From IMG/VR virus record IMGVR_UViG_3300010352_001543: DNA of 64,000 nt, one strand, 5' to 3'. The translations under genes were made by a program, and so were the position numbers. The DNA is from a virus. Lineage: Duplodnaviria; Caudoviricetes. The notes under the pieces are model-generated. The model did not search any database. It was not told the DNA's origin and saw only the letters and a program-made list of their open reading frames with translations. Of this stretch, positions 31,517 through 40,851 are shown piece after piece (the first letter of the stretch is position 1; each line of letters opens with the position of its first letter).

Positions 31517-33646
31517 TTAAAACTTTATTTTTATAGTTCGTTTGAAGGAACCTTGTAATTTTACTATGACTTCATCTCTTACTGTTGCGTTAAATCCTAA
31601 ACCGGATAGCTGTTTGTCTGTTGGTTCAATCATAGTGGTGTTACCCAAAACTTCTAGCACTTTACGATGTTCCGCAAGTTCTGGTATTAAATTTTCGCTG
31701 TGGAAAGATCTCAACGATGTTGGACATTTACAACCGTCTAACATGAATAGATAATGCTTATTTCCAACGTTATTGTCACCCCAATGATTTGGTGTTAAAC
31801 AGATTAGATTAACTTTGTGGAATTGCTCTGTCTGTAGTCCATATAATTCTTTAGATGAATGTGATTCGCTTAAAGCATGCTTAATGGAGAATTTACCATC
31901 TTTGAACGTTACAGTCGCTACGTCAACACAACCAGCAACTGGTTTATTATATTCATAGGTGTATATTTCACCATCAAATTCGATTTCAGCTTTAAACCCT
32001 TGTGAATTTCTTGCTAAGAACTGTTGTACCCAAAATTTATATTCACCGTTTTTTAATGTTGGAATATCTTTAAAGTAAATATTTTCAATTGCTAACTTGC
32101 CACATGGATTTGTATTATCTAAATCTAACAATCCACCACAAGAACTTGGATGATTATGACGATCTTTTCTAAATGGCGTAGAGTATCCAATGCTTTGATT
32201 ACCTGGATGTTTACACCAGGCGTCAAGGTCAGAATTATCTCTTCCATCTGTATCATTCCAGATCATGGAAAATCTTAAAACACCATCAACTCGTCCACCA
32301 GCATTTTTTACAGCTTCTTTAATTTGGCTTTTACCTGCTAAGTTGCCGTTAAATGTCCACGAGTAATTATTATCCCACTTGAAAATTGGTTTACTGTCTT
32401 TAACATTCGCTGTGGTCAATGAAACTAAATTTCCTTCTTGATTGTTGGATAAATAAGCCTCAACTGAAGTACATCCGGGTAGAATGTCTTTCATAAACTT
32501 ATCGATGCTTACTTCTTCTATTCCGTCAAATTCGCTTCGCTTATGTCTTGTTGATGTAGATTTAACACTATCAAATATTGACACTTTTTTTATGTCACCG
32601 TCGCCGACATTAACGTGAAGAATTTCAGATGCTTTGATATCATCGATTGTAGCAAACCGTCTATTAAAAGATTCTTCATATCCATTCTCTTCTACGAATT
32701 TCTTAGCTTCTTCAATTTGTCTTTTTGTAATTGGAGCGGTTGCTTTCATATAATTAGCAGGATCAACTCGTTTGTTCCAAGCTTTACAAGCATCGTTTAG
32801 TTCTTTACCTTCGGCAAGTTCGGAACATAAAACACCCATCAATTCATTTTTAAATTTTGCGATTGGTAATTTATATGAGTTCAACCAACACCAATTATCT
32901 TGTTTCTTTGGTGCTAATTCATCGTACTGTTTTTTAAGTATGATCATCTGCTCTATTTTGTACAAGTGTGTTTGACCATCAAGCAAACTGCCTTGATTAA
33001 TAAGGTCTTTCACTAAGTACAATGTATCTAATGGAATTTCTGCCATTGCTCGATGAAAAACTTGTTTGTCAGATTTATATTCACCCATTAGAGCTTCTAT
33101 AGATTTCGAATCCATATAGACAAATTCTTGTGGCAAATATAAATGCATATGATTGAAAGTCCTAAGCTCATTAGGCTTAACAACTCCATATTTTTCTGCT
33201 TCTTCTTTTGTATATCTTTTTACATTTTTTTCGATTCCAAGCTTAAATTTTTCATCGTTCTTTTTGATGTTACTATCATATGGTAAAAATTTAAGATCAT
33301 TGAAAGTTTCGAAAAAGACTTCTGAAATACCGGATGCTTTTAATGCTTCTGTAAGAGCTTTGGCCGGTGATAGATAATCTGCTGGTGCATCCACATCAAA
33401 CATTGTGATGATGTTTAGTTTTTCGTCAAGAGCAACAATGTTGCCATATCTACGAATAAAGTTATTACATAGATTACAATTATGGGTCGAACTATTCGGA
33501 TCTCTAAAGATTGGGTTGTATTCTTTCTCGAAAGAATTTATATACAATTCCCAAACTTGATGCCCGGTTAACGAGCTTCGGAATAATTTTCCAGTAGCGC
33601 ACATCTTATCGAATTGCGCCTGGATTAAGTGATTGAATTCAATCAT
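31517..33646 (-). CDS. large conserved phage protein with YfaP/DUF2135-like C-terminal region
   Basis: HNCNLC N-terminal motif; LRFSMIW, DLDAWC, GGLLDLD, AIENIY. Confidence 0.65.
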   Translation of the reverse strand: MIEFNHLIQAQFDKMCATGKLFRSSLTGHQVWELYINSFEKEYNPIFRDPNSSTHNCNLCNNFIRRYGNIVALDEKLNIITMFDVDAPADYLSPAKALTEALKASGISEVFFETFNDLKFLPYDSNIKKNDEKFKLGIEKNVKRYTKEEAEKYGVVKPNELRTFNHMHLYLPQEFVYMDSKSIEALMGEYKSDKQVFHRAMAEIPLDTLYLVKDLINQGSLLDGQTHLYKIEQMIILKKQYDELAPKKQDNWCWLNSYKLPIAKFKNELMGVLCSELAEGKELNDACKAWNKRVDPANYMKATAPITKRQIEEAKKFVEENGYEESFNRRFATIDDIKASEILHVNVGDGDIKKVSIFDSVKSTSTRHKRSEFDGIEEVSIDKFMKDILPGCTSVEAYLSNNQEGNLVSLTTANVKDSKPIFKWDNNYSWTFNGNLAGKSQIKEAVKNAGGRVDGVLRFSMIWNDTDGRDNSDLDAWCKHPGNQSIGYSTPFRKDRHNHPSSCGGLLDLDNTNPCGKLAIENIYFKDIPTLKNGEYKFWVQQFLARNSQGFKAEIEFDGEIYTYEYNKPVAGCVDVATVTFKDGKFSIKHALSESHSSKELYGLQTEQFHKVNLICLTPNHWGDNNVGNKHYLFMLDGCKCPTSLRSFHSENLIPELAEHRKVLEVLGNTTMIEPTDKQLSGLGFNATVRDEVIVKLQGSFKRTIKIKF

Positions 33647-33704
33647 AACTTACCTGTTTATTGCGTTAAACTCATAAGTACTACTTTTCCTATATGAGAA
33701 TGAG

Positions 33705-33792
33705 ATATTTAAAATAATAAAGACGAAGCAAGTGTAATTTTATTGTAAACAAAAAAGAAAGAATTTTCAATTTATTTTAGAAAATTCTTTCT
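33705..33792 (-). promoter_or_regulatory. repeat module D
   Basis: Hairpin plus TTTACAATAAAATTACACTTGCTTCGTC; divergent leader. Confidence 0.8.
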
Positions 33793-33822
33793 GATGATAT
33801 AAATCACAGGAACATTGACAAT

Positions 33823-34149
33823 TTATTTTTGGACGAGGTTTTTTTCTAAATCAACGGTGTACCAGTAACTATCCCAATAAACATATGCTTCCCCGTCTTT
33901 AGCATCAAATGCCCAAATTTTGGAACTGAAAAGAATGTCGTTGTTATATCCGCCTTTAAAAGTAATTGTATCCCCTATTTTCAGACCAAATTTTTCATTT
34001 TTATCTGTAAACATAGAAGATGGTTTGCTTTTAACCCATTTGTCAATATCATCTTTCATCTTTGGGTAAAACTTCGCATAAAGATCTATAACTTTTTGTT
34101 TCATGGATTCATTTAAGAATTCTTCACTTGTCAATACATGTTTTTCCAT
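33823..34149 (-). CDS. putative internal head protein with capsid-targeting-like leader
   Basis: MEKHVLTSEEFLNES; AATATATAA at 34179-34187. Confidence 0.6.
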   Translation of the reverse strand: MEKHVLTSEEFLNESMKQKVIDLYAKFYPKMKDDIDKWVKSKPSSMFTDKNEKFGLKIGDTITFKGGYNNDILFSSKIWAFDAKDGEAYVYWDSYWYTVDLEKNLVQK

Positions 34150-34164
34150 ATTTTTACTTTTTTT

Positions 34165-34258
34165 TGTTATTATTTAAATTATATATTAAAGACGTTAATA
34201 ATGGAATTTTATTGTAAACAAAAAAGAAAGAATTTCAATTTATTTTGAAATTCTTTCT
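34165..34258 (-). promoter_or_regulatory. repeat module E (variant containing AATATATAA)
   Basis: Hairpin plus TTTACAATAAAATTCCATTATTAACGTCTTTAATATATAA. Confidence 0.85.
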
Positions 34259-34260
34259 GC

Positions 34261-34350
34261 TGGTAGGAACAGGACTTGAACCTATATATAACTGAGCATA
34301 TCATCAGAGTTACCGCTTATTGCCTGTGTCTGCCATTCCACCATCCTACC
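34261..34350 (-). ncRNA. tRNA-like RNA (90 nt) with degenerate anticodon arm
   Basis: GGTAGGA/TCCTACC-A acceptor, D arm GTGGAATGGCAGACAC, T arm ATAGG-TTCAAGT-CCTGT, extra hairpin TAAC..CTGA/TCAGTTA; no canonical anticodon stem-loop. Confidence 0.7.
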
Positions 34351-34356
34351 ATATTA

Positions 34357-34710
34357 TTAATCTACTGAAACAATTTTGAAAACAACAACGAAGTTGCTAT
34401 CTTTTGGCCAAGGTTTCCAATCTTCCCAATCATCGACTATATCAATCACAATTCCTTTTTTAGCGGCTTCGTCTTTTAATCTATCAGCAGTCGATTTTGA
34501 AGTTACTCCATGCCTATAGAAGAATCCTCGTTTAGCTACAATCGTTCCATCTTTCTTGAAAGTTATTTTATCGATTCCAGTATAAGTTGACTCGAAAAAA
34601 TTCTTTACCACTTTTTTAGTTTTAGCATCTAAAACTTTATCTACCGAAACTTCATCATCTTCATTTAAAGAATTACTCAAAAATTCTTGTCTTGTTTTTA
34701 CATTATTCAT
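34357..34710 (-). CDS. putative internal head protein with capsid-targeting-like leader
   Basis: MNNVKTRQEFLSNSLNE leader; ends 6 nt before the tRNA-like RNA. Confidence 0.55.
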   Translation of the reverse strand: MNNVKTRQEFLSNSLNEDDEVSVDKVLDAKTKKVVKNFFESTYTGIDKITFKKDGTIVAKRGFFYRHGVTSKSTADRLKDEAAKKGIVIDIVDDWEDWKPWPKDSNFVVVFKIVSVD

Positions 34711-34729
34711 TTTATTTTCTCTTTATTTT

Positions 34730-35116
34730 TTATTCGAAACCTAAGTCATTTGAAGGTGTTCTTCCACCACGTCCATCTTTTGCTTTTTGCATTTCTACTT
34801 GTGCTTGTTTCAATGTGATTAAAGTATACCATGCTGAGCCATAAACGGATGTTTGTTTTCCTTTGCGCTGTCCGGATTCTAAATCATAAGATTCGCCTCC
34901 AAATTCTTTTACACTTATTGATTTAGTAGCAACTGATTTCACTGTTCTTTTTTCAAAAGTATAGTACGTTCCGAGTTGTGGGTTATATCTTTACATCATT
35001 CTGACACAAGTATCACCTTTTTTCAGATCTTTAATAGTTTCAGCTTCTTCGCTTTCATTTAATTGATTTAAAGATTCATTCAAGAATTCTTCGCTGTTCA
35101 TAACATATTTTTTCAT
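34730..35116 (-). pseudogene. leader-tagged paralog of 30619-30975 interrupted by in-frame TAA
   Basis: MKKYVMNSEEFLNESLNQLNESEEAETIKDLKKGDTCVRMM*RYNPQLGTYY; TAA at 34991-34993 where the paralog has Glu (GAA). Confidence 0.8.
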
Positions 35117-35139
35117 AGTTTACTTTTTTTTATTATAAT

Positions 35140-35185
35140 ATTTATTTTATATATTAAAGACGTCAATAATGGAATTTTATTGTAA
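35140..35185 (-). promoter_or_regulatory. repeat module F (promoter only, AATATATAA variant)
   Basis: TTACAATAAAATTCCATTATTGACGTCTTTAATATATAA without the hairpin. Confidence 0.75.
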
Positions 35186-35421
35186 TTGAATATGAAAATT
35201 AAATTATGTACAACCTTTTGGTTTAATTTTACCAGATTTTAATTCATCTTCGACCTGTTTTCTCATTGAATTAATAAACCAATCATCTTTTGTAAAATAT
35301 CCTGAGCAAGTCCTATATAAATCAATGTAATCAACTTTAGTTATGTTCGATGGTATTTCGGGGGCATAAATCTTTGTTAAATAAATGCAAGATTTGAATG
35401 TATTTTTCATTTTTGTACTAA

Positions 35422-36171
35422 CTACTGAATATATTCTTTATTGAATGCTTCTTCCGATCCCATCATCTCAATCATTTTTTCTTTCCAACCTCCATCTCTA
35501 CTTTGGATAACATCCCAGCTGATATGTATATAGTTGCATCCGTTCCGGAGATTTTCAGCGTCATCACAAAGAGTATAGAAATGTGTTGGTTCGAAACTTT
35601 TCATTTCTTCTACCCATTCTTCTTTGCTCATTGGTGTTGATGAAATGATTAGATTATCAATTTCATAAGGCAATTCTAAATCCACTTGTTTCAAAAAATC
35701 ACCTTGTTCGTCCCTTGTAGCGTATGCAAAATTATCATAATAACAAGCATCAATTTTACGAACATCAGTTCCATAAAATACAACATCCTTTAAAGATTTA
35801 GCATAAAATATACTGTTCTCTGTTGAAGTAGTATCAATCTTACCGTTAATTAACCGATGTACTTTGACATCCTGATCTCTTAAGTGTTTGTTCAAACACT
35901 TTCTTGTATGCTCCAAACGGGAAGATTTTCCGAGCAGAACAATATTTTTGTTTGTATTATATTTTATATACCAAGTAAGGTACAATATTGTAGTTCTGGT
36001 AACACCAACCTGACGGGCATTACATATAACTGTTTTTTGATTTGATTCGAATGACTCTATCATTCTCTTTTGATGGCCCATCAACTTGATCTGACTACCA
36101 TCTTCCCATTTACAACAATTTTCTATAAAGTAAATAGGATCATTTTCATATAATATCTCTTCGTTTGTCAT
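35422..36171 (-). CDS. terminase large subunit-like ATPase domain, degenerate, no nuclease domain
   Basis: DPIYFIEN, GHQ, ARQVGVT (Walker A Lys lost), YYDNFAY (Walker B Glu lost), IISSTP, F.KEY. Confidence 0.7.
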   Translation of the reverse strand: MTNEEILYENDPIYFIENCCKWEDGSQIKLMGHQKRMIESFESNQKTVICNARQVGVTRTTILYLTWYIKYNTNKNIVLLGKSSRLEHTRKCLNKHLRDQDVKVHRLINGKIDTTSTENSIFYAKSLKDVVFYGTDVRKIDACYYDNFAYATRDEQGDFLKQVDLELPYEIDNLIISSTPMSKEEWVEEMKSFEPTHFYTLCDDAENLRNGCNYIHISWDVIQSRDGGWKEKMIEMMGSEEAFNKEYIQ

Positions 36172-37015
36172 TTTTGTATTTCCTTTATTTTAATCTCTTG
36201 AAGTTTCTTCAAATTCATCTGTTGCTCCATAAGCATCTATTAATTGTCTTACTTTTTCTATGTCTTGTTCTTCTTTTAAAAATAAGCAAAATTGTGGATA
36301 CCAACCAACCATTCCTTCTATTTCTGGTTTATTCTCATTTAGTAAATAAACAGAATATAAAATTTCTCCACGGTCATCTGTTTGTATAGATTCAACAATA
36401 GCATCTTTCCCTCGTTCGAAAGTTTCCATATCGTCCGGAAGAATCTCTGATATTTTTACAAAATCACCAACAGAAAAAGTATGTTTTTTCGCAACTTCGC
36501 TATCGCTTGGCCTACTGTAAGGAACATGAGCATAAAGATATTTAATGTCTTTATCAAACGAATCAAGACGTTTATTTTGATCATCAAAATCATGTATTAA
36601 TGAATTGAAACTATTTGATAAATAATCGATGTAATTATGCAATAATATAATTGTTTCTTCTGTTGTTATTTCTTTTTTGAGATCATTTTTAATTAGAAGA
36701 AAATCAATTTTATGTTTTTCTAAAATATGATGTAAATATGATCGAAAATCCATTCCTTCAATCTTTGTAATATTATTAAACATTATAGTATCTTTATGTG
36801 TTAAACCCTCGGAATACTCATTTTCTATAAGAATATCACAAAAACTATAATCATCTAATAGGTTCATCATTAATTGATACTTTGTTCCATCAACTATTTT
36901 TTCAAAAACCAAACTATTTTTTGTGTGTAATGCTCCATAAGGTATAAAGTTTTCTACTCTAACAAATCCAGATTGAATCAAGAACTTATAATCCATTTCA
37001 TTTAATATTTTCATT

Positions 37016-37309
37016 TTAATCCTCTTCGGTAATAAAATAATCTTCTTTAAATAGTTCTTGGAAAACAAAATCAACATATTTGTTCTCTTTTAATATAACA
37101 TAGTCATTCAAATGACAAACAATACAAATTTCTAAGTTGTTGTCAATTGGCATCTTCAAAATTGGATTGTTGTCTCTATCAAAGCAAGGTTGGACAGACA
37201 TATTATGTTGTTTGATCCAACTATAAACTTGATTTTTATTTTGGTCGGTAAATTGAACAGCCTCCACTATTTTACCAGTAACCAGCCGTTGGTACTTATT
37301 GATTTCCAT
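37016..37309 (-). CDS. small phage protein, PGDYG-like family
   Basis: IVEAVQF...NDYVIL...F.EDY pattern shared with 42236-42550. Confidence 0.5.
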   Translation of the reverse strand: MEINKYQRLVTGKIVEAVQFTDQNKNQVYSWIKQHNMSVQPCFDRDNNPILKMPIDNNLEICIVCHLNDYVILKENKYVDFVFQELFKEDYFITEED

Positions 37310-37895
37310 TTAATCTCTCTCGTTCCTCATATTCTTTAATTATTTTATCCACTAATTCTCTTACAGTCATACATGATAAATTTTTTACATTTAAAGTTTC
37401 GTCAATGTAAGAAGGATTTTCACAATGACCAAAAGCATATGTTAAATGGATATAATCAACATCCAAATCATCTATATCAAAACTAAATTCATTACAAATA
37501 TCTATATTATAAACATCTTCACCGTAGTAATCTTTTACTACTGTTTGCATCACTTCTTTTGCTTTGTTAAGAAGTTTATGGTATTCAATGACTATATGCT
37601 TTTTGTTTCCGGGTGGAGGAATATTAGTTCTATCAAGAATTAAATCAACAAAAAGTTCCTGTTTCAACGCTTCTAAATTTTCCAAAGCTTCTATTTGTGT
37701 TTTACCATCGGCAAAGAAACTTCTAAGCGCGTTCAGAGGTGGAATATTTAGTTCTGGAATACTGGCACACCAACCTTCAAAAATTTCATCTTTGAAATAT
37801 GTTAATTTTATCTCATATTTTCGGCTCATGTATTCTTCCAACTGAGCAAGTTGATTTCCACCTAACGAATGATATATTTCTGATCTTGTCATCAT
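37296..37895 (-). CDS. protein with N-terminal HicB-like domain
   Basis: GWCASIPEL...ADGKTQIEALENLE...IPPP follows the HicB N-domain pattern. Confidence 0.65.
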   Translation of the reverse strand: MMTRSEIYHSLGGNQLAQLEEYMSRKYEIKLTYFKDEIFEGWCASIPELNIPPLNALRSFFADGKTQIEALENLEALKQELFVDLILDRTNIPPPGNKKHIVIEYHKLLNKAKEVMQTVVKDYYGEDVYNIDICNEFSFDIDDLDVDYIHLTYAFGHCENPSYIDETLNVKNLSCMTVRELVDKIIKEYEERERLNGNQ

Positions 37896-37900
37896 TTTAT

Positions 37901-38461
37901 TTACTCACCATCCAATTTATAAGTATTTGAAACTGTCGTATCAGGTATTTGTATAATATATTTTGTCTTAATTATATTATAATTAATATAACCAAATCGT
38001 CCTATAAATTTATTGTGTTTTGTTTTAGCGAATTCTTTCCATTTCGTAATAAGTTTATGATTGTTTTTAGTGAATACTATAGTAGCATCATCACTTCTAA
38101 TCTTTTTCAATACAACACCCGAATTTGTTTTAACATACATAATATAATACATTTCTTCCCCTATCATTCCACTTCCAAAGAACAATCCTGAACTGAAACT
38201 ACCTGTTATATTTGAATTATCTTTCAGACACATAATTTCTTCTTTTTTCTGAAGGTTCGATATATCAGCGGAGGTGAAAAGAGTACATATCAAATAAATA
38301 ATAAATCCAATCATACATCCTCCTAAACCAACTACCAGTGTAAGAGCTAACTTACCCCAGAAACAACCTTTTAAATCATCATTTGTATTCATAAAAATAG
38401 CAAAAATTATCATTGCTAATAGAGCAGTTCCACCAAGACAAATTTCTAATAATGTTATCAT
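37901..38461 (-). CDS. membrane protein
   Basis: Two N-terminal hydrophobic helices, then GSFSSGLFFGSG. Confidence 0.6.
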   Translation of the reverse strand: MITLLEICLGGTALLAMIIFAIFMNTNDDLKGCFWGKLALTLVVGLGGCMIGFIIYLICTLFTSADISNLQKKEEIMCLKDNSNITGSFSSGLFFGSGMIGEEMYYIMYVKTNSGVVLKKIRSDDATIVFTKNNHKLITKWKEFAKTKHNKFIGRFGYINYNIIKTKYIIQIPDTTVSNTYKLDGE

Positions 38462-38917
38462 TGTTGATTGTCCTCTAATTCTTTAGTAGTTTCATCAATT
38501 AATTGAGTAAGTCCTTTTATATTGAAATCATGAAAATCTATTTGTTCTTGGATGACAGCAAATCTAAATGAATCTTTTGAATATTCTTTTTGCCATTCTT
38601 GTAACATTACAAGACCTATTTCATAATTATGTAAATCTTTTTTCCAGCGTTCTATTATTTCATTCATGATTTTTTAGTTCCTTTTCAATTTTATTTATTA
38701 ATTTTGTTTGACTATCTATACAATAATTTGAAATATCGATTTGTTCTTGAATGATAGCAGTTTTGAAAGAACCTTTAGGATATTCTTTCTGCCATTCGAT
38801 TAACATTTCGACACCCTTTTTGTGAACTTTGTTGTCTTGTTTCCATCGTTCAATCATTCCATTTAGTTCGAAATTTTTGAAACTTTGTTGAATATATTCT
38901 TTATTACAAGGCTGCAT
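38458..38917 (-). CDS. two tandem coiled-coil paralogs (38458-38667, 38660-38917)
   Basis: Shared IERWK...EWQKEY.K.SF..A.IQEQID. Confidence 0.65.
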
Positions 38918-40292
38918 TTTTTCTTATCTCTTCAAATGTATATTCTTTTACAATTTCACCATTCAAAAATACAGTTTCTAGTAAATCTTTTTTATCACTC
39001 CATTCCGGATGAGTATCAAAACGTCCTTCTACTTTTACTAATTTCAATCTACCGCTCTTGCTCATCTTACCCGGATCAGTGACTGGGTTTTTAAATACCA
39101 ATACATCATTGCCTGCTACAATTACATTAGAACATTTGAAAGCGAATTTTTGTTCATCCCTGTCATGTTTCTGTAGTAAACTTCCGCCACAACCAAATGC
39201 AATGTTCTCTGCCGCCCATCCAGCATTTTTGAAAACTTTCAAAATTTCTTCAATTGTATCAATATTTACACCATCACCTTGAATGATTCTAATATGTGGA
39301 TTAAGAACTTTATAACCTTTTGAATTTATGGCGAAACCAAATCTGTCGCCAAGAATATTGATGACTTTTAGACATACTGTCGCTGGATCACCTGAATCCG
39401 GGCGGACCACTAAAACACCATCTCTATTTAAAATTTGATCTCTTAGTTCAGTTCCCCAAAGTTCCCAACAAGCATTGTAAATGTCAAATGAATCTGACAC
39501 ACAAGCTATAGTGCCTGTTGGATAAACTTCTAACATATTTCTATATGCATTCAATTCACCCAAACGACCCCATGATGTAATGGTGCTGTGCTCGGATGCT
39601 GGAATCGAAAAACCAACTATATCGTTAGTATTATAGTAGTCCATAATGAAACTTAATACAATGACATCATCTGTGCCCATAAAATTGACTAAATGGGAGC
39701 TTCCACCGATACATGCAGATTCCTCCGAACTAACACCTCTATAACCAAAACTATGAAACTTGAACAATAGTTCAGCCATTATATTTTCACATCCAGTATC
39801 TTCTAAATAGCGTTTGATTATTTTCTTTACTTCCCTGCTATAAGTAGCAACTGTACAAGGATACCAAACTTTGACTAACAATGTTTCCAAGAAATTTGTT
39901 AGCCAATAACATTTAGGATCTGTGTTTACTATAGTCATCAAAACATTCTTATAAGAAACCGGAGTTCCTTCAGGAACAGCTTTGATTTCTATCGGCAATT
40001 TACCATTATGATGTTCAACTATGTATTCCCATCCTTCACGATTAAAAATATTGCCGTGATTTCCAATATGAGTATTAATTATCTTTTCGGCTTTGTCGAT
40101 GTCTTCATTGGTAACAACAGTACCAGCTAAATATTCTTTAAGATAATACTGAAGACCATAAAATACTACATCTTCAAATTTACCGCCGCGACTTTCAAAG
40201 TATGAATAAACCTCAGTAGTGCCCAGTGGGTACTGTGGATACTGAGTATATTTATAACTATCTGACCTTAATATTATTGGTTGTTTTTCCAT
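38904..40292 (-). CDS. nadV: nicotinamide phosphoribosyltransferase (Nampt)
   Basis: DSYK, VWYP, FGYRGVSS, GTD, PASEHSTI, RPDSGDP, IQGDG, AFGCGG, FAFKC. Confidence 0.95.
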   Translation of the reverse strand: MEKQPIILRSDSYKYTQYPQYPLGTTEVYSYFESRGGKFEDVVFYGLQYYLKEYLAGTVVTNEDIDKAEKIINTHIGNHGNIFNREGWEYIVEHHNGKLPIEIKAVPEGTPVSYKNVLMTIVNTDPKCYWLTNFLETLLVKVWYPCTVATYSREVKKIIKRYLEDTGCENIMAELLFKFHSFGYRGVSSEESACIGGSSHLVNFMGTDDVIVLSFIMDYYNTNDIVGFSIPASEHSTITSWGRLGELNAYRNMLEVYPTGTIACVSDSFDIYNACWELWGTELRDQILNRDGVLVVRPDSGDPATVCLKVINILGDRFGFAINSKGYKVLNPHIRIIQGDGVNIDTIEEILKVFKNAGWAAENIAFGCGGSLLQKHDRDEQKFAFKCSNVIVAGNDVLVFKNPVTDPGKMSKSGRLKLVKVEGRFDTHPEWSDKKDLLETVFLNGEIVKEYTFEEIRKNAAL

Positions 40293-40851
40293 TTTATTTT
40301 GATTCCTTATTTAAAAAATTTATTATTTCATTCGCTAATTGCTCATCATATATTTTTACTAATGGTCTTTCCTCATGTAATGTTCCTGATTCATTTGTTT
40401 TACTTATTAGCCATTGATGAGTATTTGGTATCATTACAAGTTGATCATCAGAAGATATTTTATACTTGTCAGTTTCATGTAAATGATATTTCTTTGGCTT
40501 ATTCTGCATTATTCTATTATTTTGATCGTCTAAATCGATAATTTCTGGTCTATCTATAGCTAAATTATCATCTGATTTATATTCATAAAGACCATCTAAT
40601 TTACCATCACTTTTTAGATCATTCATTGTTATACTAACATGCAATTCTTCTGTAAAACGTGCAGTCATAAATTGATATCGATATTGCTCTTCTAATAACA
40701 ATTTTCCTTTTTCATCATATACTCGACCAATTCCTGTATAGTTATGGAACATTTGCTTCCAAGGATTATAATATTCTTCAGTCTTAAAAGTATAATATTT
40801 GTTTTCAAATTTAACTTTAACTTCATCAACAGGTTTCATTTTCATTTTATT

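Noticed and set aside
34261-34350. Functional tRNA-Leu(TAA) or ochre suppressor
   Set aside because: AATAA is present but not in a 5-bp stem/7-nt loop with U33, and no TTA anticodon is positioned correctly.
35422-36171. The phage's genuine terminase large subunit
   Set aside because: Only 249 aa, catalytic Walker residues missing, and no nuclease domain downstream.
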